DNA of 64,000 bases, taken from positions 41,044,001 to 41,108,000 of the forward strand of contig OX597835.1 in the NCBI GenBank assembly GCA_951406725.2, in the 5' to 3' direction. Within the stretch, counting starts at the first letter, position 1; every line of letters starts with the position of its first letter. Source of the DNA: Octopus vulgaris. Lineage: Eukaryota. The position numbers and the translations under genes were made by a program. The notes below the pieces were generated by a model that did not search any database, was not told the origin of the DNA, and saw nothing but the letters and a program-made list of their open reading frames with translations. Below, in pieces: positions 50,488-63,214 of this stretch.

Positions 50488-51085
50488 TTTTTTTAATTTC
50501 CCACAAAGGGACAACATAGATAAGGGACAATACAATCTGATTGGGGTCAGATGGACGGATGGATAAAGATGACATTAAAAATTCACAAAAATATAAATAA
50601 ATTGAATGATAGGACAGACCAGAAGACGATTATGGATGGAGTGGGGTGGGGGAGTCAATTAGGACCCCATGAGCCCTGCCTCACCACTGATACCTGAGAT
50701 ACATCCTGCGTCGCATTCATAAGGTTATATTCACTTGCAACATCTGTGCTACATTCTTCCATCGATTTTCAAACATTTTCACAGTCAAGCATTTTCTCTC
50801 AAACCCTATTTTCCTTTTAAGGTGATAGGTGAAATAATTCACCAATTCAGGACTGGAGATGAAAGTGCCTGATTTTAATCCTTTCTGTTTCGTCTTCCAA
50901 ATCACCTCTCTCACAATTGCTACTACAAGGAGAAAACAATTCTTACCTTCTTTCGAAAGGAAATCAGGCGGGTCAATTTTTACTATAGACTCAGTCAACA
51001 GCTGTACTCTTCGAGTACTTGACAACAGTTGTTCGGCATAAACCCACACGTCTGACACCTCTGAACACTGAACAATTAACATCTA
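50488..51085 (-). mobile_element. Tx1/L1-clade LINE ORF2 C-terminus + 3' UTR
   Basis: QCSEVSDVW..AEQLL...AIVREVIWKT...FENRW..VA matches the post-zinc-knuckle region of Tx1-like ORF2; pyrimidine-rich 3' UTR ending CCCTTTGTGGGAAATTAAAA. Confidence 0.75.
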
Positions 51086-54000
51086 CACCAAACTTTGTGC
51101 TTCGTGAGAGTTTAAATCTCACTAAAGACAACTTGGCTTTTCACTTTTCTGGGACTGATAAATACCAGTCAAGAACTGGTCAATTTAAATAACCAAAACT
51201 CCTACCCCCACCAGTTTGTGGTCTTGTACCTCTTGTAGGTTGCAGAATTGGTGGACCATCAAACAAAATACCTTCTGGTATTTACTGAGATCCCTTTCTG
51301 ACTCCAAATCTCTGTGAGGTTAAGTTTACCACTGTTGTAGAGAGCTTGAATTTATGAAGGTGAAATGTCTTTCCATCATAATCATCATCAACATTCAACG
51401 GTTGTTTTCCCTGCTGGCATGGGTTGGATGGTTTGGCAGGAGCTGGCAAACCAGAGGGCTGCACCAGGTTCCCGTCATCTGTTTAGGTATGGTTTCTATG
51501 GCTGGATGCCCTTCCTAATGCCAACCCTAACTTTACAGAGTGCGCATTTGTGAGGTTGCCAAGCAACTTGCAAGACAAGAGAAGAACAAGAAGTAGGGAA
51601 AAGGAGGAAATGGAAAAAAAAAACCAAGTGGGTTGCTATGGAAGAAATACGAGGCTACTATGTATTATATTTGGATGGGTGGAAGTGACTGGAAAGAATA
51701 TAAAGATGGTGGTGATGGTGGGTTGCCAGAGCATTTCTAGATACAAGAAATTGGGTATTAGAGGGAATACACACAGCCAAGCAGGGTATGTATATATGGA
51801 AATTGTAGCTGTGATACAAGTGCCGGTGGCATGTAAAGGAACCACCCGAATGTGGCCGTAGCCAGCGCCACCCTGACTGGTCTCCGTGCAGATGGCACGT
51901 AAAAAGCACCAACTAATCGTGGCTGCTGCCAGCATCCCCTGGCACCTGTGCCGGTGGCACGTAAAAAGCACCTACTACACTCATGGAGTGGTTGGCGTTA
52001 GGAAGGGCATCCAGCTGTAGAAACACTGCCAGATCAGACTGGAGCCTGGTGCAGCCTTCCGGCTTCCCAGACCCCAGATGAACCATCCAACCCATGCTAG
52101 CATGGAAAGCAGATGTTAAATGATGATATATATAATGCCAACATGGAAAACGTATGTTAATTGATGATGATGGTCTATTTACGCACACACACACATTTGT
52201 ATATATAACTATTCAGTTACATGTATCTTTTAATTGATAGATGATACTGGGAAACAAGTTTGTTGTTAATAAAATAGGGGTAAACAGACCTTTCAAAAGC
52301 TTATGGTGTGTGATAACATTTAATTTAAATAATAGGGTCTTGGGTTGTGAAAAGGTCGGGATCTACTGTTGTAGAGAGCTTGAATTTATGAAGGTTAAAT
52401 GTCTTCTTAGCTATTGACTTTGTGCAGTGCTATTAATGAGATAGCTAACGAGCTTACGAACCACATGGTTCCGGGTTCAGTCCCACTGTGTGGCACCTAG
52501 GGCAAATGTCTTCTACTATAGCCTCGGGTCGACCAAAGCCTTGTGAGTGGATTTGGTAGACAGAAACTGAAAGAAGCCCATCGTATATATGTATATATAC
52601 TTTATATGTATGTGTGTGTCTATGTTTGTCCCCACCAACTTCGCTTGACAACTGATGCTGGTGTGTTTACGTCCCCGTAACTTAGCAGTTCGGCACAAGA
52701 GACCGATAGATTAAGTGCTAGCCTTACAAAGAATAAGTCCTGGGGTCGATTTCCTCGACTAAAGGTGGTGCTCCAGCATGGCCACAGTTAAATGACTGAA
52801 ACAAGTAAAAGAGACCCTTCACTTCTAGTAGGTTTTAATGTACTTAATGATGTTGACTATTACCTGTAACAGGTCTTAATTATGCTATGGGTATCCAGAG
52901 ACAGTGGTTAACTCATTGATTTAAATATTATAAAAGATACAAATTTAAAAAAGAAAAAAGTTGTATAAATTTATAAAACGGGGATTTTTTGTCTTAAGAT
53001 TGTAATTTTTCAAGCAATTAAAAGTCTTGACTGGTGATAAAAAGATCCTCAGACATTTACACCTCAATCCTATCTTTTGACAGAGCGCCTAACTGGCTTC
53101 CGTGCCAGTGGCACATAAAAGGGCAACATTCGAGTGTGATCGTTACCAGCGTCGCCTTACTGGCACTTGTGCCCGTGCTAGTAGGGTGCCAAGAGCACCA
53201 TCCAAGCGTGATCGTTGCCAGAGCGGCCAACTGGCCCCCGTGCCGTGGCACGTAAAAAGGCACCATTCGAGCGTGATAGTTACCAACGTCGCCTTACTGG
53301 CACCTGTGCCGGTGGCATGTGTAATTGCCAGTACCGCCTGACTGGCCCCATGCCGGTGGCACATAAAAAGCACCCGCTACACTCTAGGAGTGGTTGGCAT
53401 TAGGAAGGGCATTCAGCTGTAGAAACTCCGCCAGATCAAAATTGGAGCCTGGTGCAGCCATCTGTTTCGCCAGCCCTCAGTCAAAATCGTCCCACCCATG
53501 CTAGCATGGAAAGCAGATGTTAAACAATGATGACGATGATTCCTGATTATGTTTGGATGTTTTATTCTTGGATGTGTCTATAGAACCATGCTGGTTGATT
53601 GGTATAATTGTTAGAGTGAAGAGAATCAGAAGAGATTTTGCAAAGCATTTCATCCAATACGTTAGGTTTAAATTCTGCTGAGCTCAACTTTGCATATCGT
53701 CCTTTCAGTGCTGGCATGGACCTCTCCCCTGGTAGGTCAAGGTTAGGCAAGCTGAAAAGTGTTTGTGTTCCCTGGAAACTCCACAAACTTCTGGAGTAAT
53801 TGGTAAAAGCATCATACATGCTCCCAAGTCATCTTCACTTGCAAGTGGAAGCTGTAATTTGATACAGAACCAGACAAGATTTGAACCAAAGCTTCCTCCT
53901 CAATTGAGATCTTGGGAGTTACTTGATGACCTCACTAGTGCTGGTGCTGCAAAAAAAGCACCCAGTACACTCTGTAAAGTGGTTGGCGTTAGGAAGGGCA

Positions 54001-55004
54001 TCTGACCATAGAAACCAGGCCAAAGTAGACATGGAACTTTGGTGCAGGTCGCTTGGCTTTCCAGCTCCTGTCAAAACATCCAACCCATGATGGCATAGAA
54101 AAGCAGATGTTAAATGATGATGGTGGGAGTAATGCCATTCTGGTCCACGAGGCCACTGATGCCTGTTGCTTAGCTAACCATTATTGTGGACCTCTAATAA
54201 TATTTACATCAAAGAATAAGAAATCAGGTGACCACAGGTCAAACCAGTTAAATTGTGGTGCAAATGTGAATGTTGAGAAGAGAACATCTTCCTTGTCTGA
54301 AGATTAATAGCGAGAAAAATAAAAAAATCTTGTTAAACTCTGCTTGAACATTTAGGCATTTAATTTCTCACAGTTCTTTCTTTCCATCTTTTATTTTTTC
54401 CATTCTCCTCCATGCCTGTTCTTTGACCGTGTTTTCCTGTAAGTAACATATTCCTCAGACAATGCAAAAACAATGTTCCTTCTTCCTTTCTCTCTTTCGA
54501 ATGGTGTTATTTGCTGCTTCTGCTGTTATTACTTGTTGTTGCTGTTGTTCTTGTTGCTGTCTCTCACTGACCGTCAAGTTTTGAATTACATGCAGGCTAG
54601 AATCAGCTCCCTTGTATGGCGGATGTTTACAAAAGAACGAAGAAGTTTCAGAGCAGAGATTACATCAGGAATCCCTGCAAACGGCCCCAAAAACCAGGTC
54701 AGGTGGGATCAGCTCTTGATTGGCCCCTTCACTCTGTAACTCCTTTCTCTTTAAAAACTTCAGCTTCTACAAATCTTGTCCTTCATTTCTTCTTCTTCTT
54801 CTTCATTGTTGTTACTGTATTGTCCTCTTCATCTTCCCACCCATCTTCAACTCTAGCTAACCCCTGTAAATACAGACTCCTTTCATTCTCACTTGTAGCT
54901 GTGTCATTTCATTTACATTGTCCTTTGGAATACCATAAGGTCTCAAACTTCCTCCCTTTTCTCCATAAATGTAAGGTTTTCTCCTCAATCAAAATAAGGT
55001 GCTG

Positions 55005-56450
55005 TGCTGGCAGAATCAGCGCATTGGTAAGAATGCTTAATATCATTTCTTCTGACCTTATATTCTGACTTCAATTTTTACTCTTTTGTATGTGTGTGGG
55101 GTTCAATGAAACAGGTATCAGTTGAACACTGGGGCCAATGTAATTGACTGACCCTCATCCCCAAAATTTCTAGCCTTGTACCTGTAGTAGTAAAATTATT
55201 ATTTTTATTAAAAGCAGCAAGTTGGCAGAATTGTTAGCATGCCAACAGGTGGCGAGCTGGCAGAAACGTTAGCACACTGGGCGAAATGCTTAGCGGTATT
55301 TCGTCTGCCGTTATGTTCTGAGTTCAAATTCTGCCGTGGTCGACTTTTCCCTTCATCCTTTCGGGTTCAATAAATTAAGTACCAGTTATGCACTGGGGTC
55401 GATGTAATCAACTTGGGTCAATAAATTAAGTACCAGTTGCGTACTGGGGTCGATGTAATCGACTTAATCTCCTTGTCTGTCCTTGTTTGTCCTCCTCTGT
55501 TTAGCTCCTTGTGGGTGATAAAGAAATAAGAATTGTTAGCATGCTGGGGAAAATGTTTAGCAACATTTCTTGTGGTTTTACATTTTGAGTTCAAATTCCA
55601 CAACAGCTAACTTAAGCTTTTCACCCTTTTGGGGTTGATAAAACAAGTACCATTTAAACACTGGAGTCGATGTAATTGACTAGTCCCCTCCCCCATAATT
55701 TCAGGTCTTGTGCTTTTAGTAGGAAGGATTATTTATTATTATGGCAGTGAGCTGGCACAATCGTTGGCATGCCGGGCAAAATGCTTAACGGTATTTCATC
55801 CGTCTTTATGTTCTGAGTTCAAATTCTGCCAAGGTCGACTTTGCCTTTCATCCATTTGAGGTCGATAAAATAAGTACCAGTTGAGCACTGGGGTTGATGT
55901 AATCGACTTACCCCTACCCCGAAATTGCTGGCCTTGTGTCAAACTTTGAAACCATTATTATTATTGTTATTATTATTGCATACAAGCTGGAAGAGTCATT
56001 AGCACACTGAAAAAGGGGTTAGCAACATTTCTTCTGGGTTCAAATGCTGCCAAAGTCAACTTTGCCTTTCATCCTTTCATGGTTGAGGGAATACTGTACC
56101 AATTGGGTACTGGGGTTGATGTAATCGACTAGTCCTGTCCCCTAAAATTGCTGACCTGTCCCCCAAAGGCAATGGATTGGCTAAATCATTAGCGTCGGAC
56201 AAAATGCTGTGCAGTATTTTATTCCAGATTTTTGTGTTCTGGATTCAGATCCCGTTGAAGTCAACTGTACAACTCCCCCTCCCCTCAAATGTCAAGCCTT
56301 CTGCCTATGTTAGAACTATTAGGAGAAGTGGATTGGCAGAATTGTGTCGGACAAAATGTGTTGCAGAATTTTTTCCTGTTGAGGTCAACTGGGTGCAGGG
56401 TAATAAAGCAAAGCACTAGTTGACTACTGGGGTTGATATAATTGACTATG
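55005..56450 (+). mobile_element. Head-to-tail cluster of young and old SINE B copies
   Basis: At least six repeats of TGGCAGAA...TTCAAA...AGTACCAG...CTGGGGTYGATGTAAT in the same orientation. Confidence 0.8.
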
Positions 56451-57125
56451 CTCCTGTGTGTGTGTGTGTGAAATAGAGAGACCGATCACCATAATCTCCT
56501 TTTATCTCATTTCCCTCCATGTCCCTAATTTCTCTCTAAGGCTTTCCATCTTCCCTTTTTTAATTTCTCTTCATGCCCCTTTTTCCCTGCCCCCGTTTTT
56601 ACTTTGCCCTATTGTTCTCTCCAATTGGGAGCTGTATCCCACCATCCAAAGGAACATTGCATTATTGTCCTTTGATAAAAAATAGACATTTTATGCAGTT
56701 TTTATTTATTTTAAAGAATTCATTAGTTTTTTTTTTTTTTTTTTTTAAGTCTTGTAATTAATTAAACTCAGTCATTAACTTCTTTTCATCCATCATTACA
56801 AAGAAATAAGAATCTTAAAATAGTTTATTTCTTATAAGTTCTGTCATCCTTCATGTAACTCAGCAGCCGAAGAAGATGGCAATTGTAACCAATGTCATTA
56901 ATTTCTTTCTAAAGTAGGGACCCTCTTGTCTAACGTTCTTCCTGATCCTTAAATTATCCATCAACTCTACATGTTTTCTCCCCCACCTCTTCTACTTCTT
57001 CGATCTATCGCTTTCTTTATAAACTTATAAGATTCTAAAAACTCAGAATAGTTTTGTGTTGATTTTTTTTTTCCCTTTGAGCACTAGGTACTCATAGCAC
57101 CTTGAAACCTTCTTACCCCCTCTAG

Positions 57126-57143
57126 GAACTACGCTCTGAACTG
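57126..57143 (+). CDS. USP16/45: Candidate 18-nt microexon of USP16/45 (ELRSEL)
   Basis: cttcttaccccctctAG|GAACTACGCTCTGAACTG|GTAAGT; phase 0-0, no stop, in a repeat-poor island. Confidence 0.6.
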
Positions 57144-60034
57144 GTAAGTGGTTTTTAATCTACCCTTTTTTTTTTGTTCTTTAAATGGTTGTCTTGCCTG
57201 ATCAGCTTAGGTGATTGTCTTTGGCCCATTGCATCCCAGCATAGCATCACTGATTTTTGCTTTCAGTATTAGCATAGTGTTTCTCTGACTTAACAGCCTG
57301 GAACAAACTACACTCTGGCAGTCGACTCAATCTTTTCGGATAGAGTTGGTGATCGACAGAATTAGTTTAGTTCTACGGACTTAGCCTGGTGTACTTACTT
57401 TATTATTATTATTTTTTTTTTTTTTTTTGTGAATGCAAACTACCAACTAGCCTTTCTACTAAAATGTTAAGTCTATCAATTTCTCAAAAATAAATTGTTA
57501 GTGCTTCTTCCTGGCTGAAGACAGTTGAACTGATATTAAGTGATTCAAAGATCAAATTATTTCTCTAGGATTTCAGGATTCTTTAAATAAAAAAAATAAA
57601 TAAATAAAAAATCCTCAAGTAAATAAAACATAAATTTTGGTAAATTCTTCAGTGGAATTTCCACTTCAAATTTCAAAACAACTGATTGCAAAGTTTATTG
57701 ATCATATATCGTAGCAAGATTTCCAAAAAAAAAAAAAAAAATTCTTGTACTATCCTGCAACTTCCTTTCAAGTTAAATAGTTTTCTAAATGTTGTTAGTA
57801 TGAAGTTGGTAGTATTTGTGGCATCATTTGGTAGATTTAGTGTTTCATTATAGCCATATCCTTAGTACTTCCATCATCTATGGACCTGTGTGTATGTGTG
57901 TATGTATGTCTATAGTTGCACCTATATTTTCAAACTTAGTCACATTAGTATTGTCTCTACTGTGAAACAAAATTAGCTTCTTTTATCAGATTTTGTTTAC
58001 AGGTTCACAAATTTTGGAAGGAAACAAAACCATTCCAACAAAAAAGGCTGAAATAGTGAAGTAGCAATCAATATTTTAAATTGTTATTTCACAACATTAA
58101 CATTTAAGTAATGGCTACTTCATCTCAACCAAACTGCTCATTTTTATTATTATTATTTTCGAAGCTGCATTAGCCTAAATTTTTAGGCTTTTCTTTATAT
58201 TTTGTTGTGATTTTAATTTTGTTTTCTTTTCAGTGAAGTTGCAATTGTTTTTATTCAAATATTTTTTTTTTTTTTCCAAATTGCAAAATTTCTTTAAACG
58301 AATTTGTCTTTTTAACTGATTGCCTTTTTTTTTCTTTACTTTTATCAATAAATCCTGCAGTTGATATCAGTGTTTCTTATTTTACTTTTATCTTCATCAG
58401 CAAAAAAAAAAAAAAAAAAGCAAAAAAACAAAACAAAAAAAAAGCCCCAGCTACAAATTGTTGCTATTTGTGTGTTTTTTTAGATTGTTATAGTCTACAC
58501 AAATTTCTCTTTTATTTGCCACCAGTTTTCTTCTGATTTTTGGCTTTGATATCAACATACGCTGTTATGAACTCCATCTTCTGAGATGAGATGAGCAATG
58601 ATGTGTCTTTTTTTATAACGCTGACATTATTCAAATAATAATAATAATAATGATAATAATAATAATAACAATAATAATAATGTTGTTGCCTTGTCTGTTT
58701 GCAAGTTCATAATTATGAGAAAAGCACCAACGCAAAATAACATGCCTCTCTTTATTTCATTGTTTCTTTTTTTCTCTGTGCATTAATATATATATATATA
58801 TAATGTGTGTGTGTGTATGCACATATGTGCGTGATGTATATCAATACGCTGTCTAGTTTTGCTTTGAACAAATGTAATTTTCCTTTGTGAATCTTAAACT
58901 CTGTATTGTTTTTGTTATTTCTCCCTCATATTTAGCCATGTATCTTCTCTATAGCAAGACCCCTATTCTTATCCCTCTATCATACTTTAGCACTCAACAC
59001 TTTGCATAAAACCACCTCTCCCCTCTAAACTAAACTCCCTCCCCTCCCCACCATACACACACTTAGTTAAGGGGTCTTTCCTTCCTCCTTGTTTTTTGTC
59101 TGTCTTGTGAGTTATGTGACAACCTCTTTAGTGCTGGCGGCATAAGAAACCCCCCAAGTACACTGTAAAGTGGTTGTGTTTGGAAGGGCATCTAGTTGTG
59201 GAGACCATGCCAAAACTGACACAGGGGCTTAGTGCAGCCCTTTTGCTTGCTAGATCCTGTTCAAACCAACCCCCCTTTGCCAGCATGGAAAAATGGATGT
59301 TAAATGATGACAACAGCGATGATGATATATGTGGCTTCTGTCGTTCAAGATTGATTGTGCATCTGCACATATATGTGTAAGCCTTGAGCAAGTTTTTTTT
59401 TCTGGAAGACAGGCATGCAGATCTTCCCTTTCCACAATATCGGTGTTCATCCCAAAATGTCATTGCTGTCTGAACAGTTGGAACCAGAAGGCATCTGGGC
59501 CCTGAGCCTTTAACAGTTCCGTTACTCCACTGGCCTGGATTCGTTTATCCTTTTGCTGGTTTTAATGAGGCACTGATGATGGTATTTTGTTTTAGACAAT
59601 TCTTAGGAGATTAAAAGACAGTGTTGGACTCAGTGGGGTTGAGAGAAATACTGTTAGGAATTCTGTGAAATGGTCGAATGGAGCTGGGTCTTCTGTTGCT
59701 GTGTGTTTATTGATTGTTGCTGTTGTTGTTTTTACAGGTGAGAACGAGAAACTCAGAATAGCAACTGAAGAGGGCAGTGGGACCCGAGCTTGGAATGCAC
59801 ACACACATACAAACCATACATACACCGATACAAAAAAAAAGTACACATTCCCAATGCAAAGTGAAAGATTGAAATAAAAAATAGCCCAACAAATGTCTGT
59901 CTGTTTGTCCATCTATCCATCCATCAATAGATAGACAGACAGACATATGAAATGTGTGTGTGGGTCATCATCATTATCATCATCATCGTTTAACGTCCGC
60001 TTTCCATGCTAGCATGGGTTGGACAATTTGAATA

Positions 60035-60221
60035 AGGACTGGCAAACCAGATGGCTGCACCAGGCTCCAATCTGATCTGGCAGAGTTTCTACAGCTGGAT
60101 GCCCTTCCTAATGCCAACCACTCCGAGATTGTGGTGGTTGGCATTAGGAAGGGCATCCAGCTAAAGAAACTCTGCCAGATCAGATTGGAGCCTGGTGCAG
60201 CCATCTGGTTTCGCCAGTCCT
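60035..60221. repeat. Fold-back of SINE C onto itself (~87-bp stem, 12-nt loop)
   Basis: Arms 60035-60121 and 60134-60221, with about 3 differences. Confidence 0.92.
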
Positions 60222-61142
60222 CATGAATTTGAATTGTATGTGTGACTCTCCCTCCTTCTCTCTCACTTGTTCTCCTCTCTCCCTCCCTCCCTCTCATTGG
60301 TTCTCTTCTCTCTAACTGCCTTCCTTCTTCTTACACTATCAACATAAATTCTAAAGTTATCCCCTCCCCCATTCACAAAACTTCATTTTTTCCAGGTATT
60401 CAACCGTTTAACCATCACATTATCAACTCTTCTAACATGAAACACTATCATAAGTTTTCTTCAGGTGTATCTATATGTATCTATGTGCGTGCTTACATTT
60501 TAACGTTTCTAATCTGAGTAGTTTTTTTCCTGTCAACAAGTTATCCATTTACTTCACACCTTCATAGACATGTGAAAATAAAAATTCCTTATTTGGAAAA
60601 TTGGTAAGTGTTAGTGACAGGAAGAGCATCTGACTATACAACAATCTCTCAGTAATGTATCCATCTAACCCATACTGACATGGAAAAATGGATATAAACC
60701 AAATGAACAAATATATATTTTAACATCCACTTTTCCATGCTCATATGGATCAAATGGAATTTATTCATGCAGAATTTCTACAGCCAGATGCCGTTCCTGT
60801 CATCAACCCTCACCTGTTTCCAGGTGAGGCAATATTTCTCTATGACGATTCATCTTTTCACTGAAGATTGGAAATGAAGGACTCTGCTTGCATGACAGTG
60901 GCTCTCGTTTACAACTCTCATGCAATGTCAAGGCAATGTGATAGTAAAACACACACACACACACATGATGGGCTTCTTTCAGTTTCCATCTATGAAATCC
61001 ACTTGCAAGGTTTTGGTTGGCCTGAAGCTACAGTAGAACGTACTTGCCCAAAGTGCTATGCAGTGGGACTGAACCTGGAACAATGTGGTTGGAAAACAAA
61101 CTTCTTACCATGCAACTACTCCTGCACCCTATACATATATAT

Positions 61143-61443
61143 GGAGGCGCAATGGCCCAGTGGTTAGGGCAGCGGACTCGCGGTCGGAGGATCGCGGTTT
61201 CGATTCCCAGACCGGGCGTTGTGAGTGTTTATTGAGCGAAAACACCCAAAGCTCCACGAGGCTCCGGCAGGGGGTGGTGGCGATCCCTGCTGTACTCTTT
61301 CGCCACAACTGTCCCTCACTCTTTCTTCTGTTGGCCTGCTCACTTAGCCAGTGGGGTGGTGTCATTTGAAGGCTTAGACAATGCGAAGCGCATTGTGACC
61401 AGCGGTGTGTAGCAACATCTGATGGCCTGGTCGGTCACGGTGA
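61143..61443 (+). mobile_element. tRNA-derived SINE (family D head, tail type 2)
   Basis: First ~170 bp are nearly identical to the 32106 copy; the 3' part is unrelated. Confidence 0.85.
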
Positions 61444-61736
61444 TATATATATATATATATATAAAAATAAATAAATATAATGAACCAGCACTCAGCGACG
61501 GCCCGATCCCTTCTCCATCGAGTGAACAAGGAAACTATTATAACAATTCCCTCTCCCCTTAGGATGGATGTATTTATGTAAAAAAGGAAAGCAAAGCAAA
61601 TCTTGCTTAAGCTGACGATGTTTCAGGGTTTTTTTAATTTTTTTTTTTTTTTTTTTTTCTATACATATTCTGCTGGTTGTTGGGTTTTTCACAAATCTCT
61701 CTCTGCTCTACATATGATGCTTTCTTTCTATTTCAG

Positions 61737-61873
61737 CCTCCAATTGACATTGGCATCACAGATGCTGGGCCACTCACGCGGTCTCTCCTTAAATTCTTAC
61801 ACGATATGTCAAATTCTTCTTCAAACAATTCTGTCATCCATCCTGACACCCTTTTTGGCCAGATTTGTAAAAA
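61737..61873 (+). CDS. USP16/45: USP16/45 exon (PPIDIGITDAGPLTRSLLKFLHDMS...HPDTLFGQICKK); gene continues past the window
   Basis: tttctatttcAG acceptor, AA|GTGAGT donor; GPLT..L..FL..M and P..LF.Q.C.K motifs of USP16/45 that precede APxF..xQQD. Confidence 0.93.
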
Positions 61874-62985
61874 GTGAGTGAATTGTGTTTTTTTCCATTT
61901 TATCATAATCATCATCATCATCATCATCATTTAACGTCCGCTTTCCATACTAGCATGGGTTGGACGATTTTGACTGAGGACTGGCGAACCAGATGGCTGC
62001 ACCAGACTCCAATCTGATCTGGCTGAGTTTCTACAGCTGGATGACCTTCCTAACGCCAATCACTCTGAGAGTGTAGTGGGTACTTTTACGTGCCACCGGC
62101 ACGAGGGCCAGTCTGGTGGTACTGGCAATGGCCACACTCAAATGGTGTTTTTTACGTGTCACCTGCACAGGAGTCAGTCCAGCGGCACTGGTAATGACCT
62201 CGTTCGAATGTTTTGTTCACATTTTTATTAATTTTGTTGGTGATTTGCTGTACTTGAGAAGACACATCAAGCTAGGTAAAATTGCAGTATTCTATACGTA
62301 CAGGCTTGTCCTTTACTGGTGTTAGTGTCTCATAAAATGTGCTCGTACAGGTGCTGCATAAATACACCCATGCCACTGGCACTTGAAAAGCACCCAGCGC
62401 TCTCTGTAAAGTGGTTGGCATCAGGAAGGGCATCCAGTCATAGAAAACATGCCAATACGGACAACTGGAGTTTGGACAGTTCCCCAGCTGGCCAGATCCT
62501 CTCAAACCATCCAAACCATCCAGCATGGAAAATGGACATTAAATGATGATGATTTCCTCCCCAATCACATATTGCTCTCAGGTTTTGGCATAAGGCCAGC
62601 AATTTCGGGAGAAGGCTAGGTTAATTAGATCGACCCTAGTGCTCAACTGGTACTTATTTTATTAACTCCAAAAGGACAAGAGACAAAGTTGACCTCAGTA
62701 GAATTTGAACTCAGAATGTAAAGACAGACGAAATACCACCAAGCATTTTGCCAAGTATTGTAGGGATTCTGCTAGCTCACCACCTTATTGATCATGTATT
62801 AGCATCTTCTTTCTTTCCCTTTTATGGAACCTGTCATAGTTTTAATATTGAATTCGGTAATAGCCTAACTTGGCCAAATTTAGTAGCATTAACTGGTACC
62901 TCAGTAGTTTTAGCTAAGTTCAGTTTGTTGTAAGAATTTGGATCAGGGTTCTACATTTTTGCTGCAGATCTTGACCTAGAGATGT

Positions 62986-63214
62986 TTAACCCTTTCGTTA
63001 CCAACCCGGCTGGAACCAGCTCTGGCTCTGTTGTACAAATGTCTTGTTTTCTTAAGGTTTTAATTAAAATCTTCCACCAAACCGTAATCACAATTTATGT
63101 TCCTAACACTAGCTGAATGATAACTAAGTTATTTTACTAAATTCTTTGTTATATTTAAAGCAACTGAAAAAAACACAGAGCATCTCAAAATAAATACAGT
63201 AACGAAAGGGTTAA
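62986..63214. mobile_element. piggyBac-type MITE family 1, intact copy
   Basis: TTAA TSD on both sides, perfect TIR CCCTTTCGTTAC/GTAACGAAAGGG. Confidence 0.92.
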
